Source of the DNA: Nostoc sp.
Lineage (GTDB): Bacteria > Cyanobacteriota > Cyanobacteriia > Cyanobacteriales > Nostocaceae
DNA: 64,000 nucleotides
Direction: 5' to 3'
NCBI GenBank assembly: GCA_036918135.1
Contig: JBALDB010000007.1
Span: 192,001-256,000 of the forward strand
The notes beneath the pieces were generated by a model that saw nothing but the letters and a program-made list of their open reading frames with translations, did not search any database and was not told where the DNA came from. The position numbers were made by a program, and so were the translations under genes. Of the stretch, positions 1 to 10,967 are shown piece after piece (position 1 is the stretch's first letter; each line of letters begins with the position of its first letter).

Positions 1-3000
1 ACAACTCAGATGATGTGGTGAATGGTCAGGGGGGCAATGACAAAATAAATGGTTTAAGTGGTGACGATTTGCTGCGGGGTGGTACAGGCAACGATACTCT
101 GGTTGGTGGTCTGGGTAATGATACCCTTGATGCTTCCTATTCTTCTGGAAATAATATTCTCATAGGGGATGCAGGGGATGACTACCTTGATATTAGCTAT
201 TCTACTGGCAACAATACGGTTTCAGGACAAGATGGCAATGATTACTTTTATACCTATCAAGTTCAGGGTAGCAACATCCTAAATGGAGGGGATGGCAATG
301 ACACGTTCAGTTTATTTGTCCCATATACTGCTCCCTCTTCCTTAGCAACTCAAACGGTAGACGGAGGGACAGGTGACGATTTGTTAACCGTCGATTCCAA
401 TAATGCGACTGAGGCAATCACTTCGACTTTCAATCATGCTACTAATACTGGCTCAATTAAAGCAGGCACATATCAGATTAACTATAAGAATATTGAACGA
501 TTAGATATCTCAGGCACATACTACAATGATTACATTGTGGGGAGCAATGGCAACGATACCATCAGAATTAGTAGTGGCAACGACACTTTAACGGGTAGCG
601 GTGGCAAGGATACATTTGTTTATGGATACGACGGCACTGATATAATCACTGATTTCGGTGGCGTAGGTAAAGGAACAAACCCGACAGCAGCAGTCATTGC
701 TGAAGTGGATACCATTGAATTTTATGGTTCAGGCTTAACTGTCCGAAATCTATTGCTTACCCAGAATGGCAGCAATCTGGAAATCACCTTTGAAGGGGTG
801 GCTGATAAGAAACTTATTCTAAAAAATTTCAAACTAGAAGATTTGGAGAACCTCAAAGCTTCTGGAACAAAACCAGCGATTGGTAATATCTTATTTGGTG
901 GGGAAACTAGCATCACTGATAGCTTTAATGTCCTGGATGCTGACTCTACTGATACAAACATTGGCATCAAGAACACAGTCACCTTCCTCAATGACCTAGA
1001 CAACAACATTACGGGTTTAGACGACTCGAATGATGTGGTGAATGGTCAGGGAGGTAATGACAAAATCGACGGCAAAAGTGGTGACGACTTGTTGCGAGGT
1101 GGTGCAGGCAATGATACTCTCATTGGTGGTGTGGGGAATGATACTCTCGTTGATGATACTGGCAATAACTCCCTTGTTGGTGGTATTGGTAACGATACTT
1201 TGAATGTTGACTCTTCAACAGGCAAGAATACCCTCGATGGTGGTGCTAATGATGATACATTGTATGCTCGGGGTTCAAAAGGCAATAACTTACTCTCTGG
1301 CGGCAATGGCAATGATTTTCTTAACGCCTCTTACCTGTCTACTGACTACGGATACAACTTTATTGGCTCCTCAGGCAATAACACCCTCAATGGTAGCATT
1401 GGTAATGATACATTGCTTGCTGAATCTCCAGAAGGTAATAACTTACTCTCTGGCGACGATGGCAATGATTATCTCTCCAGCTCTGGCTATGATGGATATA
1501 GAGTATACTTTAATTTTTCCTCCTCAGGCAATAACACCCTCAACGGTGGTGCTGGTGACGATATATTGAATGCTGAGATTTCAACAGGCAATAACCTACT
1601 CTCTGGTGACGATGGCAACGATATTCTCTCCAGTTCTGGCTTTGTCACCAATACCAGCGGTGGAGATTATTACGCTCCTTCCTCAGGTAATAATACCCTC
1701 GACGGTGGCGTTGGTGATGATTACTTGAATGCTGCGATTTCAACAGGCAATAACTTACTCTCTGGTGGCGACGGTAATGATTCCTTTTATGTAAGCACCT
1801 CATCCCCAGATACTGTCCGCTCTTATTTAGTGACTCAAACGGTAGATGGGGGTAAAGATGACGATTTGTTGATAGTTGATTACAGCGATGCTACTGGAGG
1901 AATCACAACAACGTTTAATGCTACTAACATTGGCTCAATGACAGCAGGCAAGTATCGAGTTACTTATAAGAATATTGAAAGATTAAATATCATCTTAGAT
2001 ACAGCCTACGATGATAACATTTTGGGCAGCAATGGCAACGATACTCTCTCTGTGGGCAGTGGTGGCAAAGATACGATTGATGGGGGTAAGGGTGATGATT
2101 TGCTGTCTGCCGATTACTACAATGCTAGTGAAGGAATCACAACGACATTCAATGCCAGTAATAACATTGGCTCAATCACAGTGGGTATGTCTCGGGTCGG
2201 CTACAAGAATATTGAAAGATTAAATATTTCAGGTACATACCACAATGACTTGATTGTGGGAAGTAATGGCAACGATACTCTCTCTGTGGGCAGTGGTGGC
2301 AATGACACAATAGATGGGGGTAAGGGTGACGATTTGCTGTCCGTCGATTACAGCTATGCTATTGGAGGAATCACAACAACATTTAATGCCACTACTAACA
2401 TTGGCTTGATGACAGCTGGCGAATACCGGGTTAGCTACAAGAATATCGAAAGATTAAATGTCTCAGGTACAAACTATGATGACTTGATTGTGGGGAGTAA
2501 TGGCAACGATACGCTCTCCACAGGCAGTGGTGGCAATGACACAATAGATGGGGGTAAGGGTGACGATTTGTTATCCGTCGATTTTGGAAATGCTACCACA
2601 GGAATCACAACGACATTCAATGCTACTACAAACAAGGGAGAAATTACGGCGGGTACGAGACTAGTTAAGTACCAGAATATGGAAGGATTAAATATTTTAG
2701 GTTCCTACTACGATGACTTGATTGTGGGGAATAATGGCAATGATACCCTCGACGGTAGTAGTGGCAATGATACCCTCAAAGGTGGTAATGGTAATGATGT
2801 CCTCACAGGTGGCAGGGGTAATGATAGCCTTTATGGGGGAGGCGGTACTGATACCTTTATCTTCGATAATTTTGGTGAAGGCGTTGAGCGCATTTATGAC
2901 TTTAACGCCACTAATGAAGTGATTCAAGTCTCGATTACTGATTTTGGTGGCGACTTATCACCAGGTGTACTTAAGACAAGTCAGTTTACAATCGGAGCAT

Positions 3001-3164
3001 CTGCAACCACAACTAGTCAGCGATTTATTTATAACTCGACTACAGGTGGATTGTTCTTTGACTCTGATGGTAGTGCAGGTGCGTTTACTCAGGTACAGTT
3101 CGCACAATTATCTGCTGGCTTGTCACTAACCAACAACAATTTTGTACTTTTTTATCCTTATTAG
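1..3164 (+). CDS. RTX/hemolysin-type calcium-binding repeat surface protein (5' end lies upstream of the window)
   Basis: Dozens of GGxGxDxL nonapeptides; ~80-aa modules (...YKNIERLNISGT..DDLIVGSNGNDT); C-terminal 'RFIYNSTTGGLFFDSDG...QFAQL' T1SS-type tail; frame is open from the window start. Confidence 0.9.
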   Translation, partial: NSDDVVNGQGGNDKINGLSGDDLLRGGTGNDTLVGGLGNDTLDASYSSGNNILIGDAGDDYLDISYSTGNNTVSGQDGNDYFYTYQVQGSNILNGGDGNDTFSLFVPYTAPSSLATQTVDGGTGDDLLTVDSNNATEAITSTFNHATNTGSIKAGTYQINYKNIERLDISGTYYNDYIVGSNGNDTIRISSGNDTLTGSGGKDTFVYGYDGTDIITDFGGVGKGTNPTAAVIAEVDTIEFYGSGLTVRNLLLTQNGSNLEITFEGVADKKLILKNFKLEDLENLKASGTKPAIGNILFGGETSITDSFNVLDADSTDTNIGIKNTVTFLNDLDNNITGLDDSNDVVNGQGGNDKIDGKSGDDLLRGGAGNDTLIGGVGNDTLVDDTGNNSLVGGIGNDTLNVDSSTGKNTLDGGANDDTLYARGSKGNNLLSGGNGNDFLNASYLSTDYGYNFIGSSGNNTLNGSIGNDTLLAESPEGNNLLSGDDGNDYLSSSGYDGYRVYFNFSSSGNNTLNGGAGDDILNAEISTGNNLLSGDDGNDILSSSGFVTNTSGGDYYAPSSGNNTLDGGVGDDYLNAAISTGNNLLSGGDGNDSFYVSTSSPDTVRSYLVTQTVDGGKDDDLLIVDYSDATGGITTTFNATNIGSMTAGKYRVTYKNIERLNIILDTAYDDNILGSNGNDTLSVGSGGKDTIDGGKGDDLLSADYYNASEGITTTFNASNNIGSITVGMSRVGYKNIERLNISGTYHNDLIVGSNGNDTLSVGSGGNDTIDGGKGDDLLSVDYSYAIGGITTTFNATTNIGLMTAGEYRVSYKNIERLNVSGTNYDDLIVGSNGNDTLSTGSGGNDTIDGGKGDDLLSVDFGNATTGITTTFNATTNKGEITAGTRLVKYQNMEGLNILGSYYDDLIVGNNGNDTLDGSSGNDTLKGGNGNDVLTGGRGNDSLYGGGGTDTFIFDNFGEGVERIYDFNATNEVIQVSITDFGGDLSPGVLKTSQFTIGASATTTSQRFIYNSTTGGLFFDSDGSAGAFTQVQFAQLSAGLSLTNNNFVLFYPY

Positions 3165-3203
3165 CACTTGATCACTTTAAGCAGAGAAAATAGGAAACTT
3201 TCA

Positions 3204-3237
3204 GAATGCGAGTTGCTATTTAAGGCATCTCGCATTC
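3204..3237 (+). terminator. hairpin downstream of the first RTX gene
   Basis: GAATGCGAG...CTCGCATTC inverted repeat 40 nt after the stop codon. Confidence 0.45.
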
Positions 3238-3678
3238 AACTCATCAATGTAATGATAAAATCTCTCTCTAGATAAAATATATCCTCATCCATTTGGCTTA
3301 TTCTTCTCATTCTGTAAGTATAGTCTGGTGTAGGTATTGCTGCTATCAAAAAATAAAATATATATTGTTTTCTGATTCTTTAGAGTATCTATCTTTTACT
3401 TTTTGTAGAGAATTATCTATGAAATATTAAGACTATATAAAAAATAATTTTAGGATAAAAATTATTAGTAAATAGGTTTACTAATATGTAAAGATTTTTA
3501 GTAAAAATCAATCACTTAGTAGATATTATGTATATTAATGATGAGCAGGTTATTTGAATGTTTTGTTTGGTTTATTTATACCCAGGAATTTGTTTCTTGT
3601 TTTTCGGCTAGATGACTACGGATAATAATCGATAACAAAGACATAAATATCTGTTTATTTATCTGTTTTTGAGGCTAG

Positions 3679-3875
3679 TAAGACTTACGCATTGACAAAA
3701 GGACTAAATTATAGTTTTTGTATTTAGGAGATTCAAGCCTGATTTTTCAACTAGTTTCAGTAATATCTATGGTAAATACTTGCCTGCATGACTGATGAAT
3801 GATGAATCAAATCATCTTGAAATCAGTTTTTTGTGAATCCACACACTGACGAATTTGTACAATGCCTAAGACTTA
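3679..3875. mobile_element. MITE-like element (~197 bp)
   Basis: Imperfect terminal inverted repeats TAAGACTTACGCATTGACAAA / TTTGTACAATGCCTAAGACTTA; no ORF inside. Confidence 0.6.
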
Positions 3876-4071
3876 GATAATCCTCTATATTTGGATCGGT
3901 AATAGTTGCAAGTCAATCAAAATGAGAATATTTATAAAAAACTTGTAACGGTCAAAAGTGAGATTTAAGTACGCCGAAAGCATCAACTTTCAATATATCT
4001 TTCTGAGCCAAACAGAACTAGAAACTGAGAACTGAACTTACTCAAAAAATCGATTCAGGTAAGAAAAAGTT

Positions 4072-5793
4072 ATGGCAAATATCATTGGAACCGACGGTTA
4101 CGATAGCCTACTAGGCACTAAGAGCGCCGACACAATTAACGGTAAAGCTGGCGACGACACTTTAACTGGTGGCGGTGGCAAGGATAAATTTATTTACAAC
4201 TTGGGTGACGGTATTGATACAATCACTGATTTTTGTGGAGTAGGTAAAGGCACAAACCCAACACCAGGTGTTATTGCCGAAGTTGATACAATTCAATTTA
4301 TTGGTGCTGGTTTGACTGCACGAAATTTGTTACTGACACAGGATGGCACAGATTTGGAAATCGCCTTTGAAGGGGTGGTTGATACAAAAGTCATCTTGAA
4401 AAACTTCAAACTAGAAGACTTAGAGAACTTGAAAGCTTCTGGTAGTACGCCAGCCATTGGTAATATTATCTTTGATGGCCAAAGTAGCATTGTTGATAAT
4501 TTTAATGTTCTGGATGCCAACTCTACTGATACGACCATCGGTATTAAGAACACTGTCACCTTCCTCAATGACCTTGCCAACAACATTAAGGGTTTAGATA
4601 ACTCAAATGATGTAATCAATGGTCAAGGGGGTAACGACAAAATCGAGGGCTTAAGTGGTGACGACTTGCTGCGGGGTGGTGCAGGTAATAACCTGCTTGA
4701 TGGTGGCAATGATAATGATACTCTTTCCATCTCTGGCTACGGAGATGAGGTGTACGACTCTCGCTTGTCTGGCAAAAACACCCTCAATGGTGGTGCTGGT
4801 GATGATACCTTGAGTGCTAGTGGTTCAACAGGCGATAACCTGCTCTCCGGAGGCAATGACAATGATTCTCTCTCTATCTCTGGTTACTATACCTTTGTAT
4901 ATGCCAACAATATATACGACTCTCTCTCACTAGGAAAAAACACTCTCAACGGTGGTGCTGGTAACGATAACTTGAGTGCTAGTGGTTCAACAGGTAATAA
5001 CCTGCTTTCTGGAGATGATGGTAATGATTCTCTGACTATTTCTGGGTACTACAACGGAGATGGCTACGACGAATACAACTCTCGCTCTTCAGGAAATAAC
5101 ACCCTTAACGGTGGTGTTGGTGATGATACCTTGAGTGCTAGCGGTTCAACAGGTAATAACCTGCTTTCTGGAGGGGATGGCAATGATTCTCTCTCCATTT
5201 CTGGTTACTACGAGTACACTCCCGACGACAACCCGTATGAGCCTCGCAACCTTTCCAACACATACGATTCTCGCTCTTCTGGCAATAACACCCTCAGCGG
5301 TGGTGTAGGTAACGATAACTTGAGTGCTAGCGGTTCGACAGGCAGTAATCTTTTAGATGGTGGCGATGGTAATGATACTCTCATAGCTTCTAATGCCACT
5401 GGTAAGAACACCCTCAAAGGTGGTAATGGCAATGATACCCTTACAGGTGGCAAAAGTAATGATAGCCTTTATGGAGGAGGCGGTATTGATACCTTTGTTT
5501 TCAATAGTTTTAATGAAGGTGTTGATAGAATTTTTGATTTCAATACCACTAATGAAGTGATTCGGGTATCAGCTGCTGGTTTTGGTGGCGGTTTATCGGC
5601 AGGTGTCTTAAAAGCTAGTCAATTTACAATCGGAGCATCTGCAACCACTGGCACTCAAAGGTTTATTTATAATTCGGCTACGGGTGGATTATTCTTTGAC
5701 CAGGATGGTAGTGGAGGTGCGTTTGCCAAGGTCCAATTTGCACAACTTACTGCTGGTTTGTCATTAACCAACACAAATTTTGTGGTTGTTTAA
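4072..5793 (+). CDS. RTX/hemolysin-type calcium-binding protein, paralog of the upstream gene
   Basis: MANIIGTDG start; GGxGxD repeats; shares a ~150-aa block (DTITDF..VGKGTNPT..AEVDTI..NTVTFLNDL) and the C-terminal tail with the upstream gene. Confidence 0.92.
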   Translation: MANIIGTDGYDSLLGTKSADTINGKAGDDTLTGGGGKDKFIYNLGDGIDTITDFCGVGKGTNPTPGVIAEVDTIQFIGAGLTARNLLLTQDGTDLEIAFEGVVDTKVILKNFKLEDLENLKASGSTPAIGNIIFDGQSSIVDNFNVLDANSTDTTIGIKNTVTFLNDLANNIKGLDNSNDVINGQGGNDKIEGLSGDDLLRGGAGNNLLDGGNDNDTLSISGYGDEVYDSRLSGKNTLNGGAGDDTLSASGSTGDNLLSGGNDNDSLSISGYYTFVYANNIYDSLSLGKNTLNGGAGNDNLSASGSTGNNLLSGDDGNDSLTISGYYNGDGYDEYNSRSSGNNTLNGGVGDDTLSASGSTGNNLLSGGDGNDSLSISGYYEYTPDDNPYEPRNLSNTYDSRSSGNNTLSGGVGNDNLSASGSTGSNLLDGGDGNDTLIASNATGKNTLKGGNGNDTLTGGKSNDSLYGGGGIDTFVFNSFNEGVDRIFDFNTTNEVIRVSAAGFGGGLSAGVLKASQFTIGASATTGTQRFIYNSATGGLFFDQDGSGGAFAKVQFAQLTAGLSLTNTNFVVV

Positions 5794-5840
5794 TCTGAGT
5801 AGAAAAAATTACAACCCATTGGATTACGAGGTATCTAAAG

Positions 5841-5885
5841 GGGATGTAAGAGACAATAAAAATACTTTTTTATCTCTCACATCCC
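5841..5885. terminator. bidirectional terminator-like hairpin between convergent genes
   Basis: GGGATGTAAGAGA...TCTCTCACATCCC inverted repeat. Confidence 0.55.
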
Positions 5886-5946
5886 TCTTTTCCTTAATAA
5901 GACAATTTTGAAATACTCAATATGATATTTTAGTCTCCCGAACAAG

Positions 5947-6993
5947 TCACTTAAGTTTTTTGTGAGCAGCCAAAATAATTTTCTCTGTTTCTTCCCAGTT
6001 AATACATTTGTCAGTTACAGAAACACCATATCTTAATTCTTCTTTTTTACCAGTAATTGGTTGATTACCTTCATATAAATTTGATTCGAGCATCATGCCA
6101 ACTATTGATGTATTGCCATCCAATATTTGCTCAATAACATTTTCTAAGACAGCAGACTGTAGTTTGTAGTCTTTATTTGTATTGCCGTGGCTACAATCGA
6201 TGACAATTCTTGGTGGTAAATTTGCCTCTTTTAATTTCTTTTCTACGAGGCTGACGCTGACTGGATCAAAGTTGGGCTGACTACCACCTCTTAAAATAAC
6301 GTGACCATAGGCATTACCTTTGGTTTGAAATACGCTGACTTGTCCGTTTTGATTAATTCCTAGAAAATTATGAGGGTTTCCAGCTGATTGTAGGGCATTC
6401 AAAGCTACTTGAATATTGCCGTCAGTACCGTTTTTAAAACCCACAGGCATAGAAAGTCCGCTGGCCATTTCGCGATGAGTTTGTGATTCGGTTGTGCGCG
6501 CCCCAATGGCAGACCATGTAATCAGTTCGCTAATATATTGAGGGATAATTGGATCTAGCGCTTCTGTGGCAGCAGGTAGTCCCAATTCTGTAATTTTTAA
6601 TAACAGTTCGCGTGCAATTAATAAACCATTTTCTACATGAAAAGAATCATCCATGTCTGGGTCATTAATTAATCCTTTCCAGCCTACGGTTGTTCTGGGT
6701 TTTTCAAAGTAGACTCGCATAATTAGTAGCAGCTTATCTTGGACTCGCTCTGCTAATGATTTCAATCTTTGGGAATATTCGATCGCTGCTTTGGGATCGT
6801 GGATCGAACAGGGGCCAACTACTATGAATTTTCGGCGATCGCGAAAATCCAAAATCCCTTCTATTTCTTCTCTATAACTTAAAACTGTTTGTTCGGCTAA
6901 TTGAGTTAATGGTAACCTTGATTTAATTTCTTTGGGAGTTAAGAGAACCCGATGGTTGTCGATGTTTGCATTAAACAATTTGTGGTTGTGCAT
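5947..6993 (-). CDS. aroF: 3-deoxy-7-phosphoheptulonate (DAHP) synthase, class I-alpha (AroF/G/H type)
   Basis: Motifs VVGPCSIHD, MRVYFEKPRTTVGWKGLIND, IGARTTESQTHREMASGLS, DCSHGN. Confidence 0.93.
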   Translation of the reverse strand: MHNHKLFNANIDNHRVLLTPKEIKSRLPLTQLAEQTVLSYREEIEGILDFRDRRKFIVVGPCSIHDPKAAIEYSQRLKSLAERVQDKLLLIMRVYFEKPRTTVGWKGLINDPDMDDSFHVENGLLIARELLLKITELGLPAATEALDPIIPQYISELITWSAIGARTTESQTHREMASGLSMPVGFKNGTDGNIQVALNALQSAGNPHNFLGINQNGQVSVFQTKGNAYGHVILRGGSQPNFDPVSVSLVEKKLKEANLPPRIVIDCSHGNTNKDYKLQSAVLENVIEQILDGNTSIVGMMLESNLYEGNQPITGKKEELRYGVSVTDKCINWEETEKIILAAHKKLK

Positions 6994-7426
6994 GTAGATT
7001 TTCTCTTAATTTATGCTATTCTCTTTCTCAGTGCAACTTAATATACACAGGCTTAATCAAAAATACAAGATATTAGATATTTCACCATTCAAAAATTTAT
7101 AATTAAACTTGATTTTAGTCAAGTAATTACTATTAAGAATATTTGAGTTATTGCGATATTGCTGTTTTCAATTGAGTAAAATCTAAATAAATGCACAGTT
7201 GGGGATTGATGTCAAGGTAAGCCAAAACATCAGAGAAAATGTTGTTTCCAGGTTATAGCAGGAAAATATTGTTTCTTGAAGTACTATCACTATTATTGCA
7301 GATAGAGGCTTTGATATCGTGTCCAATTGCAAACCAATCACTACGGCTGACACCAACAAAAGTCTCAAACGCTTCGGTGACTAGTTTTGAATCCGATTAA
7401 GAAATATTGTTTTTGCTTGATTGATT

Positions 7427-7972
7427 ATGTATATAAAGGTGCTATCTGCTTCGATTAATGACAAACCACTCATCCAACAGATGATGGAGCTTTATCAGTA
7501 TGACTTTTCAGAATTTGAAAATCAAGACCTCAACGAGCATGGTTATTTTGGATACCCATATTTAGATTATTACTGGATCGAAGGCGATCGCTATCCGTTC
7601 ATTGTGCGAGTAGGTGGAAAGCTTGCTGGATTTGTTTTAGTGAATCAGTTCACATATATTCCAGACAGTCAATATTCTATGGCAGAGTTTTTTATTTTAC
7701 GAAAATACAGGCAACAAGGAATTGGTAAGTTGGTTGCTTATCAAGTCTTCGACCGATTTTGTGGTAAGTGGGAGATTTATCAAATTAACACAAATACAGT
7801 CGCTCAAAAATTTTGGCGCAGTGTGATTGCAGAGTACACAACAGGAAAATTTAGAGAAATTGCGATCGACGATCGCGATCGCCAAGGAACGATTCAATAT
7901 TTTGACAACACCTTAAAATGTTCCTTGAATAATTCCGCCATCTACTTGCAGCATGACTCCATTTACAAATGA
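7427..7972 (+). CDS. GNAT family N-acetyltransferase
   Basis: ELYQYDFSEF, AEFFILRKYRQQGIGK acetyl-CoA motif, AQKFWR; 3' end overlaps the convergent SDR by 60 nt. Confidence 0.85.
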   Translation: MYIKVLSASINDKPLIQQMMELYQYDFSEFENQDLNEHGYFGYPYLDYYWIEGDRYPFIVRVGGKLAGFVLVNQFTYIPDSQYSMAEFFILRKYRQQGIGKLVAYQVFDRFCGKWEIYQINTNTVAQKFWRSVIAEYTTGKFREIAIDDRDRQGTIQYFDNTLKCSLNNSAIYLQHDSIYK

Positions 7973-8701
7973 GGCTGCTGGTGAACTCAAAAATACCGCA
8001 ACATTGGCAAACTCTTCTGGTGTCCCCATGCGGCCTAAAGGAACTTTTGCATTGATTTTGGCAATTTCTGCTTCTTTTGTTTCACCAGTTTTAGTAATCT
8101 GGGCATTGATTAATTCTTCGACTCGTTCTGTATATGTCCAACCTGGTAAAATGCTGTTGACGCGAATTTTATCGTTACCCAGTTCTTGGCTGAGAGTTTT
8201 AGTTAAACCAATCACAGCTAAGCGAAGGGAATTAGACAATACAAGATTTTGAACTGGTTGTTTGGTTGAGGTTGAAGTGATGGTTAGAATTGCTGCTGCT
8301 GTTGACTGGCGTAAGTGAGGTAAAGCGTATTTTGCTAAGCGGATTGCACTTAGTAAAGTTAAATTGAGTGAAGTTTCCCAAGTTGCTAAATCGATATCAT
8401 CAAAAGTGCCAGCAGGTGGGCCTCCGGCGTTAGTAACGAGGATATCCAACCCGCCTAATTTTTCTACTGTGGTATCGATTGTCCGCTCAATATCTGCTTG
8501 ACTGGTAACATCTGCACGCAGAGATAGCACTTGCGTACCTGTTTCGTTGGCAATCTCCGCAGCAGTTTTGTCAATTAACTCACTGCGGGCGCAAATAGCA
8601 ACTTTTGCACCCTCACGGGCAAATTGCCTTGCTGTAGCTTTGCCTAAACCTTTACTAGCAGCTGTTACTAAGGCGACTTTGCCACGGAGTTGCAAATCCA
8701 T
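7913..8701 (-). CDS. short-chain dehydrogenase/reductase (SDR)
   Basis: VTAASKGLG, VTNAGGPP, LSNSLR, VDGG motifs. Confidence 0.92.
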   Translation of the reverse strand: MDLQLRGKVALVTAASKGLGKATARQFAREGAKVAICARSELIDKTAAEIANETGTQVLSLRADVTSQADIERTIDTTVEKLGGLDILVTNAGGPPAGTFDDIDLATWETSLNLTLLSAIRLAKYALPHLRQSTAAAILTITSTSTKQPVQNLVLSNSLRLAVIGLTKTLSQELGNDKIRVNSILPGWTYTERVEELINAQITKTGETKEAEIAKINAKVPLGRMGTPEEFANVAVFLSSPAASFVNGVMLQVDGGIIQGTF

Positions 8702-8719
8702 AATTTTGATGTTTTTTGT

Positions 8720-9541
8720 TTACAGTAACTTGAAGCCCAAGTTATTTAGAACTTCCCGCAAGCGATCGCGTCCTCTCAATGACTCGACAGTTGCGACGCG
8801 TCCGGCTGAGTGTTCTGACCAATCGCCAGCGACATTCATCTTTTGTTCAGTATAGAACTCTTTGACGATCTCGTTGTAGTGAGCGATCGCTTCGTCTTGT
8901 TCTGCCAATTTATAAGTTTCGCGGTGTAGCACAGCTGATTGTGGTAACCGTGGTTTAATTGCAGCAGCCACTTCTGGATTTGCATAGCCTACACACAACC
9001 CAAATACAGCATAAACAGAGTCAGGCAAATTCAATATTTCTGCTACCTCTTGGGGGCGGTTGCGGATTCCACCGATATATACTGTTCCCAAACCCAGGGA
9101 CTCAGCTGCTACTGTGGCATTTTGCGCCGCTAATGTAGCATCAACTGTTGACATGACAAACATTTCCAAATATTCCAAACCGTCATGAGATATGCCGCGA
9201 CTGTCAGCAACATGAGTTAGACGCGCTAAATCTGCTAACCACACTAAAAATAAAGGTGCTTGTCGAATGTGTGCTTGATCCCCTGCTAGCTTGGATAACT
9301 CATCTTTGCGTTGTTGATTTTCGACTGCTACTACACTCCAAGTTTGCAAATTCGAGGAAGTAGATGCAGATTGAGCGGTTGCAACTAGCAACTCCAGGGT
9401 TCCTGCTGGTAATGGGTCGGATAGATAAGCACGAATCGAACGGTGAGATAATAGTGATGTCAGAGAATCATTCCAGGCAATTTCCAGATTGAAAGGAATT
9501 TCACCGTAACGCGATCGCAGTAATTCTATGGGATTAGTCAT
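8720..9541 (-). CDS. NADPH-dependent flavin/nitroreductase (NfsA/Frp family)
   Basis: HRSIRAY, ASTSSNLQTWSVV, GLGTVYIGGIRN, KPRLPQ; start taken at MTNPIELL. Confidence 0.9.
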   Translation of the reverse strand: MTNPIELLRSRYGEIPFNLEIAWNDSLTSLLSHRSIRAYLSDPLPAGTLELLVATAQSASTSSNLQTWSVVAVENQQRKDELSKLAGDQAHIRQAPLFLVWLADLARLTHVADSRGISHDGLEYLEMFVMSTVDATLAAQNATVAAESLGLGTVYIGGIRNRPQEVAEILNLPDSVYAVFGLCVGYANPEVAAAIKPRLPQSAVLHRETYKLAEQDEAIAHYNEIVKEFYTEQKMNVAGDWSEHSAGRVATVESLRGRDRLREVLNNLGFKLL

Positions 9542-9816
9542 AATTAATTCCCCGATTCCAAATTTCAAAATTGTCAGTTGTTTTTTCAGTCATAATTCAG
9601 AACTCAGAAGGAGCCGATGCAGTCTTGGGGTTTCACGCTACTTCCTACAACTATTAGAACCAACAAAGGCGGAGTGGCTCCTCAAATGAAGTAACTGGTA
9701 TTGATAATTTATAATTGTGGGTTTGGCATGATTTACCACAAAAAAAGGTAATTTAAAAGTTAGATTTTTTTGATATTCTAACTTCTGACTTCTGAATTCT
9801 TATTCCTGATTCTAGA

Positions 9817-10938
9817 CTATTTTTTTGGTAAAAATGCAGCATATTGTTCTTTTGTCAATACAGCATCCTTCACATTCACCTGTTTGGGAATTAACTTCAA
9901 TTTATAATAGATATCTGCAACACCTTGTTGTAAATTTATCAGATTATCATCAATTGCTACAAGACCAAAAGTCCGCCTGTTAACTGCTTTTCTCATCGTT
10001 TCTAGGTCAATTCCTAATGCAGGTGCTAGAGTTTTTGCAACTTCTTCTCTATTCTGTTTAGACCATTCTTCTAAATTTTTAATTTCCTCTAGTATTGCTT
10101 TTACCGTTTGAGAATTTTCAGTAACAAATTTGCGGCTCATTAAATAATATCCTCCCTGTTTATTAATTCCTGTACCATCAATCAAAACTCTTGCTTTAGT
10201 TGCCTCTTGAGCTGCTGCATAGAAGGGATCCCAAATCACCCAGGCATCTACACTACCTTTAACAAATGCAGCACGGGCATCGGCTGGTGCCAAATATTTA
10301 GGTTCAATGTCAGTATATTTCAATCCTGCTTTTTCTAAAGCTTGGACTAACAATAAGTGAGCGCTAGATCCTTTTTGAAAAGCAATTTTTTTACCTTTGA
10401 GGTCAGTAAGTTTTTGAATTGATGAATTCTGAGAAACAAGAATTGCTGAACTGGCTGGAGTAGCAGCAGTACCAACAAGATAAATTAGTGATGCTCCTGC
10501 TGCTTGAGCAAATATTGGTGGTGATTCTCCTACAGGACCGATATCAATACTACCGACATTCATTGCTTCTAGAAGTTGGGGCCCTGCTTGAAATTCAGTC
10601 CACTGTACAGTTATACCTTCTGGTGCTAAACGCTTTTCTAAAACACCCTTGGTTCTGAGTAAAATATTTGATTTTTGATAACCAAATTTTACTACTGTTG
10701 CTTTATTGTTAGTAGAATTAGTTACGGATACAGAGGTAGTACTGGCAGTAGGAGAAGTAACTGTTGGTATTGATGAGCAGGCAGCAAACAGCAAACTCAA
10801 ACATAACCCTGTAACGAAAGCTCCGGCAATTGGTATAGAGCAAGAGAATAATTTTTGTTGGTTCTTAAATAGGATATTTCTCAATTGGATCGATGATATC
10901 CACTTTCTAATCAAGGGGCGAAAAATTAAACTAATCAT
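9817..10938 (-). CDS. ssuA: aliphatic sulfonate ABC transporter substrate-binding lipoprotein
   Basis: LFAAC lipobox; FGYQK, GPQLLEAMNVGSIDIG, PPIFAQAAG, KGSSAH, VDAWVIWDPF. Confidence 0.88.
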   Translation of the reverse strand: MISLIFRPLIRKWISSIQLRNILFKNQQKLFSCSIPIAGAFVTGLCLSLLFAACSSIPTVTSPTASTTSVSVTNSTNNKATVVKFGYQKSNILLRTKGVLEKRLAPEGITVQWTEFQAGPQLLEAMNVGSIDIGPVGESPPIFAQAAGASLIYLVGTAATPASSAILVSQNSSIQKLTDLKGKKIAFQKGSSAHLLLVQALEKAGLKYTDIEPKYLAPADARAAFVKGSVDAWVIWDPFYAAAQEATKARVLIDGTGINKQGGYYLMSRKFVTENSQTVKAILEEIKNLEEWSKQNREEVAKTLAPALGIDLETMRKAVNRRTFGLVAIDDNLINLQQGVADIYYKLKLIPKQVNVKDAVLTKEQYAAFLPKK

Positions 10939-10967
10939 CAAAATAATTTCTCCGAGCTATAAATACT

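Noticed and set aside
1..5793. Diversity-generating retroelement behind the RTX loop variation
   Set aside because: No reverse transcriptase or template repeat in the window; variation includes length changes and is not adenine-specific
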